Source: Octopus vulgaris
Taxonomy: Eukaryota
Assembly (NCBI GenBank): GCA_951406725.2
Contig: OX597814.1
Coordinates: 170,562,001-170,626,000 of the forward strand
Length of the DNA stretch: 64,000 nt
Direction: 5' to 3'
The notes beneath the pieces are model-generated. The model did not search any database, was not told the DNA's origin, and worked only from the letters and a program-made list of their open reading frames with translations. This document shows, one piece after another, positions 31,343 through 44,508 of the stretch (positions are counted from its first letter, which is position 1; each line of letters begins with the position of its first letter). Both the position numbers and the translations under genes were made by a program.

Positions 31343-32506
31343 TATCATTTAACATCCACTTTCCATACTGGCATGGATTGGATGGTTTGATGGCTAGGCA
31401 GAAGACTGCACCAAGCTCCAATGTTTGTTTTGGCATGTTTTTTTTATTGTTAGATGCCCTTCCTAATACCAACCATCCTGCAGAGTGGACCCAATCATCC
31501 TAGATATAGGGAGGTATGTTTGTAAGTATATCTCTATTTAGAGATTTTTTTTTAATGTAAAACACTTGATAATTGCAAATACATTGCATGAAACCAGTGG
31601 TAGCATTGTAAATCTACAAATAAAGAATAAAGTAACCCACCAAATCCAATGCTGAGCACCCATTCTCACTGTTCACTATTGTCACGAGGAGGGCATGCAT
31701 GCTTGGCATATTAGTCTGTTCTAGGATGACTCCTGACATCACAAAATGCGTCTGAATAAACGTTGCCGGACAGCAAATAGAAACTCGAACATTGCTCAGA
31801 AAATAATTTTCATTTTTAACCTCGTATATAGTACGCACTAGGGATTTTGACCTTTAAATTTTGGGAAAAAAATACAGATTATACTCAAGGATTTACGGTA
31901 TACATACATGTAGCTTCTGCTCATTCACCATATAAAAAACAATCCTTTCAGGGCATTGGTCCGCCTGAGGCAAGAGTAGAACGCATTTATTTCAAAAGTG
32001 CCAAGGAATCTAGAACCATATGATTGTAAAGTTTAATTCTTAAACATACTGCCAAACTTGGGCACAAGCTTGGCCATGTGGCTAAGAACTCAAATCATTA
32101 AGAGAAGTTATTCCATGCTACAAGACATTCAGTCCATTACATTGATATTTCTATGCAATAAAAATTCTAAAATGTAAATTTTTTTTTTTTTATTGAAACC
32201 TCTCAAAGATGAAAACAACGACTTATACAATGACGAGGATTATATAAAAAAAAAAACAAAAAAAAAACACAAAACAAGGGAAAGACTATCAAGAGACTTT
32301 GGTAAAATGTATTTATGCTTGTGCTGGTGTGTGTGTGTGTGTGCATGATTGTATATGTATACATGTGTATAAGGCTGTATGTGTGCTCATGCGTGTTTGC
32401 CTGCATGTTTGTGTGTGTATAATTGCTGCATGTGAGTGTTTGTCCATGTTTATGTACATGTCATACATGTTATATGCATTGGTGAAAGAGAGGGAGAAAG
32501 ACAGAG

Positions 32507-32541
<35 letters not shown>

Positions 32542-32632
32542 ATATGAATGTGTATGTGTGTGTTTGCCAGAGTGTATGTCCATGCGTGCATGTCTGTGCA
32601 TGCATGTCCATCTGTTTGTATGCGTGTGTGTG

Positions 32633-32668
<36 letters not shown>

Positions 32669-32792
32669 TGTGTGTGTGTGTTTGTGTTTGTATGCACATG
32701 TATGAGTGCATATGTATATGTGAAAGAAACAGAAAGATGGACAGGCAGACAAAAAAAAATTTGTGCTTGTGTGTGTGTGTGTGTGTGTGTGT

Positions 32793-32825
<33 letters not shown>

Positions 32826-33039
32826 GAGTTGAGAGGAAATCAATAAAGAAGGAATGACAAAGAAATTGGTAGAATTTCATTATAGCTCCAGCTTCAGTGA
32901 ACAGAACTTAGCTCTGTAGAAGGTGTCAGCACTTGGCGCTTTCATACAGATAGTCCAATGAACAACAGATGGAACAAATCTGGTTATTCCCCACATTCTC
33001 TTTGTTTTCTTTAAACTCCATACACCGTACGCCATCCGC

Positions 33040-33430
33040 CACCACCACCACCACCATCACCACCACCACCACCACCACCATCACAACCACCACCACCATC
33101 ACCATCACCACCACCACCACCACCACCACTACCATCGCCACCATCACCACCACCACCACCACCACCATCACCACCATTACCATCGCAACCATCGCTACCA
33201 CCACCACCACCACCACCATCACCACCACCACCACCACCACCACCACCATCACCACCATCACCATCGCAACCATCGCTACCACCATCACCACTACCACTCC
33301 CCCCCACCATCACCATCACAACCACCACCATCACCCCCTCACCATCACCATCGCTACCACCACCACCACCACCACCACCACCACCACCACCACCACCACC
33401 ACCACCACCACCACCACCACCACCATCACC
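33040..33430 (+). repeat. (CAC/CAT)n microsatellite
   Basis: Directly visible. Confidence 0.95.
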
Positions 33431-33601
33431 ACCCTCTCCAGCCCCTACACTTATGCTTCTCCTCACCTTTCTATGTCTAACTCATTCACCATCTATTTTT
33501 CTCTCACATTTTCTCTTCGTATCTATCTCTCAGTCCCTGTCTCTCTCTCTCTCTTCCTATTGCCCTTCTGTCTATTGATCATCTCTCTCTCTCTCTCACC
33601 T

Positions 33602-33642
<41 letters not shown>

Positions 33643-33698
33643 AACTGTCTTTTTCTCTCTCTCTTTCTCTAACTGTCTTTTTCTCTCTCTCTCTCTAG

Positions 33699-33733
33699 GT
33701 GGCACCACAAAAGTGCAGACTATGATGCAGCTG
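33699..33733 (+). other. Candidate 35-nt exon (xGTTKVQTMMQL)
   Basis: Branch-point-like ctaac at 33669, a long CT tract, tag|GTGGC...CTG|gtgtga. Confidence 0.35.
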
Positions 33734-34088
33734 GTGTGACGTCACATCCTGACTCTTCTCTCTTCTCCTCATCATCTCCTCTCCCCTTTCCCCTCTCCCA
33801 CCCCCAGTCCCTCTACTTTGCTCCTTTCCGCCACCTCCCCCTCCCCCTCCCTCCTCACTCCTCTCATCTCCTATCCATTCATTCATTCGTTCGTTGGATT
33901 CATTCGTTCAGTGTCCATCTGCAGAGGGGGTAAAGAAGGGTTACAGCTCCGTGCCAAAATATATCCCCTATTAGCCATATGTAACTTCTGTGTTTGCTTC
34001 CAAGGATGATAATGAAGAAATGAACCAAAATTCCATTCACCACCACCACCACCACCACCACCATCACCCCTTACCACATTACATATAA

Positions 34089-34131
<43 letters not shown>

Positions 34132-35959
34132 TTATTTATTTCCTTTTACTGCAATAATATTTTTTTTTTTTCACTTTTTCCTTTTTTTTTTTTTCTTGGT
34201 TCCACCGAAAAAGGGAATGTTGCCAATTTTGCATTAGCCACATTGAGGAATATTTGTTATGAGTGTGCATGTGCATGTGTATATATGTATATATGTGTAT
34301 GTATATATATATATACATATGCATGTATATATATATATATATATATTTCATCTATATACATACACACGCACACACACACATATATATACATATACACACA
34401 TATAAGCACATATACATACATATATATACATATATTTACATATATACGCATATACATATATATGTATATATATGTATGTGTGTGTGTAAATATTAATATA
34501 TATATTTATATATGTGTGTATATCTATCTATATATTATATTATATTATATTATATTATATATACATAAATTACTGGTCTGTTAATGGCATTTTGTTTCAA
34601 TGCTACATCATACAACAGAATATATCTATAGATTTTTTTTTAGTAAATACTATGTGCAGAAAGATGTAAACAGCTTGTTTGCATATACTATAGTAAGTTC
34701 ATACACAGAAATAGAAGGTTCAGTGGGAATTGTCTCAATTCTGATTTGGGTCTTTGTCATTGACTGAGTGATCTCATTAACTGTCTTTTGGAGAAACTAG
34801 TTATAAGCCCATGACTACTAAATTAAGAAAGTTGGATAGACTAATGTATCTTTGGCAATTAGTTCAGTTAATAAATTGTTTGTGTGTTCAAGTAGAGGTA
34901 ATCATTCACTGATGAAATCCCAACACAAGCTTTCAATCTCGTTCATCTGATATAACCTTTTTTGTCCACAAAGATGTCGCACATACAAAATGGTGTTTAC
35001 ATCTGCCTATATTTACTTTCCCTGTTGACTAAACATCTATAAATATACTCAACAGTATAATATGACATAAATAAATGCATACATACACCCATACCCCACC
35101 CCACACATGTATACACATATACAGATATACATAAATATGTATGTGTGTGTATGCATAAGGTTTATTGAAATAATATTTATCTCATGACATGAGTTTCATG
35201 TAACTGCAATTTCCAGGTGAGAACTCTTATAACTCAGTTTGGATGTATATATTATCTTTGTTGGTGTGGGCTTGGTCTTCTGCTTGCATCTGTTCATTGC
35301 TTGGCATTTTGCATTTATAGGTCAGCTGTTAGCTTTCTGCTTTCATGATTGGTTATTTTTTTTGCAATGTGGTGGTTATTTTTCTTGAATTGATGTTGTG
35401 GTGGGAACATGTTCTTAATTTGTAATTGTTGTGAATTTATTTGCTAAGCTAGTTAAGGTTCTTTTTTGGTTTGCTTTTGTGGTAAATGTGTATCATCAAA
35501 TTTGCAAATATTCTTGTTTTCATAAAGATCAAGGAATTTTAAGGATATATATAATTTTTTGTCAGTCACAATGATTAAAGACATATTTATTTATGAAGGA
35601 GTTTCTGGTGGTATTATAAGTGATATTTCATGGTTGGGTGACTTTTGCAAATATGTTTCCAGGAATGAATGGGTTTTTGATGTGACTTGGAGAAGGTGTA
35701 TATTGAGCAAATTAAAGATTTCCATTTCTTTATTTCATTGGGTATTGGATTATAAGTCTTTTGGCATGTTAGTATGTCAGTGTAGATGTGATGTTGTGGT
35801 TAGTTTATTTTTTTATTTTTTTATTTGTTTATTTTTTTCTGGTGCATTGAACTAGATAAATTTTTCATATGATTGTTTATGTTTGTATATGTCATGGTTG
35901 AGTGGCTTTGGCTACAACATTGATAATTTTAGTTCAGTTATACTGTTAAACTACTCTAT

Positions 35960-36159
35960 ACTTTTTACTCATTTCAGTCATTTGACTGCAGCCATGCTGG
36001 AGCACCACCTTTAGTCAAGCAAATTGACCCCAGGATTTATTCTTTGTAAGCCTAGTACTTATTCTATTAGTCTCTTTTGTTGAACCACTAGGTGATGCGG
36101 ACATAAACACACCAGCATCTGTTGTCAAGCGATGTTGGAGGGGGGGGCAAACACAGACG

Positions 36160-36191
<32 letters not shown>

Positions 36192-36390
36192 CGACGGGCT
36201 TCTTTCAGTTTCTGTCTACCAAATCCACTCACAAGGCTTTGGTCGGCCCAAGGCTATAGTAGAAGACACTTGCCCAAGGTGCCATGCAGTGGGACTGAAA
36301 CTGGAAGCATGTGGTTGGTAAGCAAGCTACTTACCACACAGCCACTCCTACACCTATAAACTTACCACACAGCCACTCCTGCACCTATAA
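35960..36390 (-). mobile_element. SINE family A
   Basis: Homology to 3712-4119. Confidence 0.85.
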
Positions 36391-37288
36391 TTAAAGATTT
36401 TTGTTTCGCTCATTAAAGATTTAGTTCATTAATTAAAGATTTTTGTTTAGTTCATTAAAGGGAGCATGCATTGTTTGAATTATGTTTCTAGGTGTGTTTC
36501 CATTTGTGTGCATGTGTATGTGTGTGCATGTGCATGCATGTGTTTGTGTGTATGTGTGTGTACGTGTGTGTATGTGTGTGTATGTGTGTGTGTGTGTTGT
36601 AGTCAAAGATTGTTTATATCCTGTGTATGGTTTAGTATGTTATATCTTTTTATGCATGTGTGTGTTTTGGCGAATGTGTTTTTTTATTTGTCTATGACTG
36701 CATAAATGTATTTGGTATCATGTCTTTAATTTGGGTTGGGTGTTTGTGGTTCAATTTTTATAATTGTGATAGTTTTCATGTGTGCAGGAGGGGGACAAGA
36801 TGGTCTGTTACCCTGTCTGAAACTTGGGATATCTTGTTGTATCTGAGAGAACAAAATCATGGAGATTGGTACATATCCATGCTTTGGTTGTCCTAGCCTT
36901 GTGAGATGGTGCAGAGTCTTGTTGCAAGACATAAAGTCTTTTGTAGCATACTCATTCTATCCATGGCTTCACAACTTTCTCCAACACCTTTGTGCAGACA
37001 GTGGCATTGATTCTTAATCCCTCTGGAAAAAGTGAGGGGGCATGACATCTTCCTCATTGGTGATGACTCCCAGAACCATCACAGTTGCTGGGAACTTAGT
37101 TTGCATGACCTTTGGAACCTCCTTCAAGTCTCTACATAACCATCTGTTGTTCCTTCAATTTACCTTTTGCCCCTGTTTAAAGTTTACCTCATCAGAAGAT
37201 GCATGTTTATGTATGTATGTATGTATGTATGTATGTATGTATGTATGTATGTATGTATGTATGTATGTATGTATGTATGTATGTATGA

Positions 37289-37321
<33 letters not shown>

Positions 37322-37681
37322 TACCAATCTCTTGGTGTTTTAACTTTGCATGAATCAAATGATATCTCTCTTGTCACATCTGACATAAACTGACCAGTCT
37401 GTTTCACACACTACTTGTACTGGATGTCCTCATGCACCACTCTTCTGATGATACATTCTGAAACCTTTGCAATGGCTCTGGAAAAATTCAATTTAGTATT
37501 AAATCAAATTTCACAATATAAATATATAATATATATAAATTAGAGAAAAACCACTATTATGTAATTCAAACAATGATAGACATAAACCAAATCATAATGT
37601 AAAAATAAATATATTATAAAACATATAACTAGATCACAAAAAGCCCAAAAAAATGGATAAACAATATATAATAAGTAAAAA

Positions 37682-37783
37682 GACTACGTACATTTTGTGG
37701 CTATAACTTCAATACGAATTACAATTAAATTTAAATTTAATCGAAAAACAATTCAATTTAAAAGTATAGTCACTCCTCAGGTC
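37682..37783 (-). ncRNA. Degenerate hammerhead motif in an AT-rich Penelope-type repeat (about 37540-37960)
   Basis: Minus strand: gac-CTGAGGA-gtgactata...tatagccac-AAAA (for GAAA)-tgtac-GTA-gtc. Confidence 0.45.
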
Positions 37784-38257
37784 AACAATAATAATAATAC
37801 TAGTTAAATAAATAATCAATAGAATTAAACAATATTTCTTAAAGAAATAAAATCATGATTTTCTTATAGAAGAAATTCCGTTAACTAAATTTGAAACTTA
37901 AAAAGTAGGACCAGGTGTCTATAATATATTTATCATGTTAAAAACCTAAGGTAACATAAACTACAATATCAATACACACATGTATAGGTGAATATGTTTA
38001 TATATTTGTGTATGTATGTATCCATTTGTAATAACAGAATAGGAACTCCTATAGGAATTAAATACCATGGAGAAGAAAACTTTCTCCCCATTCTATACAG
38101 AACTTTCCTTGGATAATAAAACTGCAACTGTAACACCCTACATATATTTTTATTTTTATTTTTATTCTTATTTCCTTTATACTTCTTATATCCTTCCTTT
38201 TCCAAAATAAGTTCTTATATTAAACTCTACTATTTCCCTTTATTTAACTCTCATATC

Positions 38258-38304
38258 GTCTCTGATGAAGGGATATCCCTCATACATTGAAACAGCTGTA
38301 AGAC
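38258..38304 (+). ncRNA. Minimal type I hammerhead ribozyme motif (Penelope type)
   Basis: gtct-CTGATGA-agggatatccct catacatt-GAAA-c agct-GTA-agac. Palindromic stem III, irregular stem II. Confidence 0.6.
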
Positions 38305-38911
38305 TACCTTTCTCTTCATAAATGTCCTAAAAATCTCACACTGTCTTGGCTTTGCTGTCTCATTTTATTTAACATATACATACTCACACAAGATCTGCAT
38401 TAGACTCCTCACTTGTATTATTATCAAACTGAGAGTCTAACTATGGTCTTTCTGTAGCACTTACATAGCCTTACTTGCCATTTTGGATCTTCTGGATACC
38501 AATACTTCTCATATATATATATATGTGTATACATATAATGTGTATATATATGTGTGTGTGTGTATACATATATATATATGTATACATACACACACACACA
38601 TATATATATATATCATCATCATCATCATCTTCATTAACACTGGTATCTGTCATGACTGCGATTTTATATATGCTTGTATACATATATATATATATATATA
38701 TTTCCCTCTCTCTCTTTCGGAGAGACACAAGCACCTACACGCACATATACACACACGGCAGTAACTTCCGCCTGCCGAATTCAATCACAAAGCTTCGGTC
38801 GGCTCGGGGCTATAGCAGAAGACACCTACCCAAAGTGCCATGCAGTGGGACTGAACCTGAAACCATGTAGCTAGGAAGCAAGCTCCCTAACCACACAGCC
38901 ATGCCCGTGCC

Positions 38912-38952
<41 letters not shown>

Positions 38953-41083
38953 CCAGAGAGAGGAAAATTTTAATGAGACGGCGTACGAAATTTTCAAATC
39001 GCCTAAACAAACAGATTGAAAGCAGTGAAAAGTCCCGCCTAAAAATAAAACTGTTGGAAATCGAAAAATGTCTGCAACTCTCCCATGAAAAAGAAAGAGC
39101 AGACAAAGAAGCCTGGGCTATAGAAAACATAAAATCTAACCCCAGAGCTTTCTACAGGTATGCCAAAGAAACAGCTACAGTGCACTGTAGAATAGGGCCA
39201 CTCCTCGAAAAGGATGGCACACTTACAGGAAAACCAATGAGGGTAAGTGAAATACTGAATGAGCAATTCAAGAGTGTTTTCACTCCACCCCTTGGGCATC
39301 TCCAAATCACCAATCCAACTGACTTTTTTACCACTGCAGATATAAAATCAGAGGCGGCGACGATAGATTACATCGATATAAATGAAGACGATGTAACCAA
39401 GGCTATAGATGAAATGAAAACAGACTCAGCTACTGGCCCCGATGGATTCCCGGCAATCCTCCTAAAAGCATGTAAGAGAGTCCTAGCAAGACCACTGCAG
39501 TTCCTCTTTCAGAGCTTCCTTGCAGCTGGCAAACTTCCAGGAAAACTGAAGGAAGGTAAAATATGCCCCACTCATAAAGGAGGTAGCAGAGCGGAAGCCA
39601 AGAACTATAGACCTATCTCTCTGACCTCACACATCAGCAAGGTCATGGAACGAATAGTCAGAAGGAAGCTGATCACCTTCCTTGAAGAGAATGACTTGCT
39701 GCCCGACACCCAACATGGTTTCCGACCAGGGAGAAGCTGTTTAACTCAGCTCCTACAACACTATGACTGGGTGCTGAAACGGCTGCTCAACCACTCAAAT
39801 GTGGAAGTGATATATCTCGACTTTGCAAAGGCCTTTGATAAAGTCGATCATGGAATGATATGTCACAAACTGCGTGATCTCAACATAGTTGGAAAACTGG
39901 GAGAATGGCTTCATGACTTTCTGAAGGATAGAAGTCAGGTGGTAGTAGCCAATGGGGCCACCTCCATTAACACACAAATAGTGAGCGGTGTTCCGCAGGG
40001 CACTGTTCTGGGACCACTACTGTTCATAATGGCCCTCTCAGACATGCCCTCAGCCACGCAGAGAGCCACGATCACAAGTTATGCAGATGATACAAAAGTT
40101 TCACAGGCAATACAGAACCCTGAGGACACTAAACACCTGCAATGTGAGCTAGACGAAATATACAAGTGGGCTGAAAAGAATAGCATGCAGTTCAATGCTG
40201 GAAAGTTTCAAGCTTTATACTATCAGCATGCAAAACTGAATGCAATACCCAATGAATACACTGGACCCGGAGGGATTGCAATCCCAGAGGCACAATCAGT
40301 GCGTGACCTGGGTATTCACATGAGTGATGACGCGACCTTTCATGTACATGTTGCTAAACTGACAATGAAATGTAGACGGCTGGCTGGATGGATTCTTAGA
40401 ACCTTTAGAACAAGAGAACAAGAAACCATGATGGTCCTCTGGAAGACACTTGTCCTAAACCACTTTGACTATTGCTCTCAGCTATGGTCACCATCCAGTG
40501 TCAAGTTGATCACAGAACTTGAGGCGATCCAACGAAGCTACACAAAGAAGATAGCCTCTATGCAGAATGTAAGCTACTGGGAAAGACTCAAGAGATTAAA
40601 ATTATATTCCCTGGAGCGTAGGCGGGAAAGATATGCCATAATATACATCTGGAAGATCCTGGAGGGAAGTGTCCTGAACTTTGGCATCGAGAGTTACGCA
40701 AATGCCAGAACTGGGCGCCACTGCGTGGTGCCTAGGACTCCAAACCTGCCATCAAGATGTAGGACAAGATACTGTGATAGCCTGGGCTTCCGAGGCCCAC
40801 AGCTCTTCAATATCCTCCCGAAGAACCTGAGAGACCTGCATGGGGTGGATACAGATGTCTTTAAAATGAAGCTGGATCTCTTCCTGTCAGGTGTCCCAGA
40901 TGAACCAACTTCACGGCAGGAGGGGCAGATGAGGGCAGCTGCATCGAACTCTCTCATGCACCAAATAGCAGTTGCTAGAAAGCCTCCATGAAGTGAAACC
41001 AAGTAGCAACACCAAATGGCGGTGCCCCAGCATGGCCACAGCTCATAAGCTGAAACTAGAATCAATCAATCAATCAATCAATC
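38953..41083 (+). mobile_element. 5'-truncated CR1/L2-group LINE, apparently young
   Basis: Uninterrupted RT frame, a short 3' UTR and an (ATCA)n tail. Inserted in a (TA)n tract. Confidence 0.92.
38973..40991 (+). CDS. LINE ORF2 reverse transcriptase and C-terminal region (672 aa), endonuclease domain missing
   Basis: GPDG, NYRPISLTS, QHGFR, YLDFAKAFDKVDH, GVPQGTVLGPLLF, YADD, DLG and SLERRR motifs. Confidence 0.93.
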   Translation: MRRRTKFSNRLNKQIESSEKSRLKIKLLEIEKCLQLSHEKERADKEAWAIENIKSNPRAFYRYAKETATVHCRIGPLLEKDGTLTGKPMRVSEILNEQFKSVFTPPLGHLQITNPTDFFTTADIKSEAATIDYIDINEDDVTKAIDEMKTDSATGPDGFPAILLKACKRVLARPLQFLFQSFLAAGKLPGKLKEGKICPTHKGGSRAEAKNYRPISLTSHISKVMERIVRRKLITFLEENDLLPDTQHGFRPGRSCLTQLLQHYDWVLKRLLNHSNVEVIYLDFAKAFDKVDHGMICHKLRDLNIVGKLGEWLHDFLKDRSQVVVANGATSINTQIVSGVPQGTVLGPLLFIMALSDMPSATQRATITSYADDTKVSQAIQNPEDTKHLQCELDEIYKWAEKNSMQFNAGKFQALYYQHAKLNAIPNEYTGPGGIAIPEAQSVRDLGIHMSDDATFHVHVAKLTMKCRRLAGWILRTFRTREQETMMVLWKTLVLNHFDYCSQLWSPSSVKLITELEAIQRSYTKKIASMQNVSYWERLKRLKLYSLERRRERYAIIYIWKILEGSVLNFGIESYANARTGRHCVVPRTPNLPSRCRTRYCDSLGFRGPQLFNILPKNLRDLHGVDTDVFKMKLDLFLSGVPDEPTSRQEGQMRAAASNSLMHQIAVARKPP

Positions 41084-41472
41084 ATATATATATATATCTA
41101 CTTGTACACTCGGTTACATACACACACACACACGCACACACACACACACACACACACATTCAGACTGGCATATACATACAGAAATACACGGAGACTAAGA
41201 CAAAAGCAAAAACAAGAAAACAGTAAGAAAACCACGACGACAACAACAACAACAACAATATGAACCAGAAAAATAACAACTCCCCCACCCCACCCCCCAA
41301 CTAAATTGACTTTCACATACATGTTCAGTCAATTCATTGGCTTTCTGCTATGTATTGGGAAGGAGAAAAGGAAAGGAAAAAAAAAATTCTTTCTTGGCTA
41401 CTTGCAGAGTCCTTTGCCAATGTAGTGCTAATAAGTGATATTTCTTGCTGAGAAATCTTAAAGTCTTTCCAG

Positions 41473-41523
41473 TCAGTTCTTTGGCTGAAGCAAGGGAAAA
41501 TGGAGGAACAACCAACTCCATTG
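41473..41523 (+). other. Candidate small exon with alternative acceptors at 41473 and 41477
   Basis: tctttccag|tcag|...CATTG|gtagtc, open as SSLAEARENGGTTNSI or LWLKQGKMEEQPTPL. The donor region is complementary to 41941-41958. Confidence 0.35.
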
Positions 41524-43627
41524 GTAGTCATGACAGTTATTCTGCCTTCTCTTCCAACCGGTACCACCATTACCTCCACCAGCACCACCACCACCACCAC
41601 CAACAACAACAACAATAACAACAACAATAACAACAATAATGATACCATCAACAACAACATCAATGCCAAAAAAAATCTCCACCAATACCAACACCACCAT
41701 TACCATTCTTTCTCTCTCTCTCTTTTTCTTTTTCACTCCTATCTCCCTCTTTTTCTCCCTCTTTTTCTCTCTCTCACTTATCCTAACACTTTCTCTCCCT
41801 CTGTCTTTCTGCCACTCTTTCTCTCTCTCTTTCTTTCCATCTCTCCCTTTTTTTGCACTGTTTCCTTCTCTCTTTCTCTCTCTTTCTTCCACTCTCTCTC
41901 TCTCTTTTTCCCCCTCTCCTCTCTCTGTTTCCCCAACACAAATGCTGCTATGGCTGCCTTTGTTGGGTTCTTGCCTTCTTTCTTTCTTTCTTTCTTTCTT
42001 TTTTTCTTTCTTTCTTTCTTTCTTTCTTTCCTTCTCTCTCTCCTCCTCTCTCTCTCTGTTTCTCAATAGCCATAAAAACTAGCTTCACTCTCACTCCCCC
42101 CATACCATTCCCATTACTTTCTATCTTCCTGAAAATCTCTATACCTACTCCACTACACTCACAGCACCGCACTCACACTACAGCCAAAGTCCCTTCATTT
42201 GATAACTTTCATTAGCTCCCCGCCACCACCACCACCACTCCTCCCCTCACTCATCCTTCCACTCACACTCCTCCCTCACCCATCTTACCTGTTTATCTAA
42301 TTCAGTTCCTTTTTCTTTGCTTTATGCTTAATCTCTCAACCAACCTCATTTTTCAAACACATATGCACACACACACACAAACATATACATACACACTATA
42401 CACATGTACACATATGCACATATACATAAAGGCACATACACATGCGCATGCATATATGTATGTATACATATATATATATATATATTTATGTGTGTATGTA
42501 TGCATGCATATGTGTGTATGTATGTGTATATACACACACACAATCGCACATTCATATACATCATACACATGTGAAATATGCATATAAACACATATATATG
42601 TATATGTGCACGCACTTAAACGTGGACACAAACACACACATATATGCATGTATGGACTGTAAACACACGCATATGCATACACACTCACACATTCTCTCTA
42701 TCTGACACGTACACACATTTAACATACATATATGCATACATACATTTATACACACACACACACACACACACAAACACACGCGCGCGTGCACACACACACA
42801 CACACACGTATGCATTTTACATTTTTCTCTCCATTTAGTTGTTGTCCATGTGATCTCTGTGTGGTAATACTACGAAGAGGGTTGGTGTAATCCAATTAGA
42901 TTAGCATCGTGCATGTGTGTATGTATGTATGTCTGTATGTATATATGCATGTTTATATGTATTTATGTCTATGTAAGTTCATATGTGTGTGTTCATATGT
43001 GTACGTGTGTATGTGTGTGCGCATGTGTTTATTTGTTCCTTTTTTCTTTCTTTTTTTTCTTTCTTTTTCTTCTTTCTACAAAATATCACTTTCTCTTTCT
43101 GACTTGCATACAGAAAGATACTGAGTGAATTTCCTTCCACAGCATTCTTCTGACCAAATGACTTGAAACCTACGAACGCTTTTGATTTTTCTTTTTCATT
43201 TCTTGCCCTTTTTTTCTCCCTTTTTTTTTTTTGGATTTGAATAGGCCTCTTTGAACGGGGGTGGATGGGTGGGAGGGTTGGGTGATTAAATGGCACCGTT
43301 GGGAGGTGAGACCAAATGTTATAGTTTCAGACCTACTGGCATCATTGTTATTCTTCACTAAAAGTAATTCTACTTCAATCCAATTTCATTAAACCATTTT
43401 TTTTGTTGAAAGAATATTACACAAGTACATGGACAGAACAGAAGAGACTAGATATTACAACAGAACAACTGGGTTGAGGGAAGTTAGGGTATAAAGGGAG
43501 AAAACCAGATCATTTTGAATCAATAGCAACACCATAGAGTAAAATCCGACACTTTAATCTTACAGAATACCTGGTAACCTTACTAGTGCTGGTGCTATTA
43601 ATTATAAAACCTATCCAGTTTACATGG

Positions 43628-43955
43628 ATGGCTCTGTGGTTAGAGCGCCGAGCTTACAATCATGAGGTTGTGAGGTTAATTCCCGGACTGGGCTGTGGGT
43701 TGTGTTCTTGAGCAAGACACTTTATTTCACGTTGCTCAGTTCACTCACCTGTAGAAATGAGTTGCAACGTCACAGGTGCCAAGCTGTATCTGCTGTTGCC
43801 TTTCCCTTGGATAACACTGGTGGTGTGGAGAAGAAAGGCTGGTATGCATGGGTGACTGCCAGTCTTCCATAAAAAGAACCTTGCTCAGACTTTTGCCTGG
43901 GAGGGTAACTTTCTTGGTGCAATCCCATGGTCAGTCATGACCGAAGGGGAGTCTC
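43628..43955 (+). mobile_element. SINE family C
   Basis: Homology to 16885-17212. Confidence 0.8.
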
Positions 43956-44082
43956 AGCTCAGCATCCGGTTTACTCTGTAAGGTGTTTAGTGAATGAACA
44001 AGAATGATATAGATTTAAGGTTTTTAGTCTCACAAAATACCTGGTAACTTCGTTAATGCTATTGTCATTATAACAACTATCC

Positions 44083-44508
44083 GTGCCACTAACACAGGTA
44101 TCACAACTACAATTTCCATTTGATATTTAAATCAATATCAAAATAAATATCAAATGGAAATTGTAGTTGTGATACCTTTGCTGGTGGCACATAAAAAGCA
44201 CCATCCGAACATGGCCGATGCCAGTGCCACCTTGACTGGCTTCTGTGCTGGTGGCACGTAAAAAGCACCAACCGATCGTGGTCACTTCCAGACTCCTCTG
44301 GCACCTGTGCCGGTGGCACTTTAAAAGCACCCACTACACTCACAGAGTGGTTAACATTAGGAAGGGCACCCAGCTGTAGAAGCACTGCCAGATCAGACTG
44401 GAGCCTGGTGCAGCCTCCTGACTTCCCAGACCCCGGTCAAACTGTCCAACCCATGCTAGCATGGGAAACGGACGTTAAACAATGATGATGATGATGATGA
44501 TGATGATG
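44083..44508 (+). mobile_element. Family B element with an inverted duplication at its 5' end
   Basis: 44097-44129 is the exact reverse complement of 44144-44176. The body and (GAT)n tail follow. Confidence 0.8.

Noticed and set aside
35150-35900. Possible decayed Penelope ORF on the minus strand
   Set aside because: Too degenerate to read diagnostic RT or GIY-YIG motifs.
37444-37480. ctgatga tacattct gaaac hammerhead-like string
   Set aside because: No stem II and no valid cleavage triplet or stem I.
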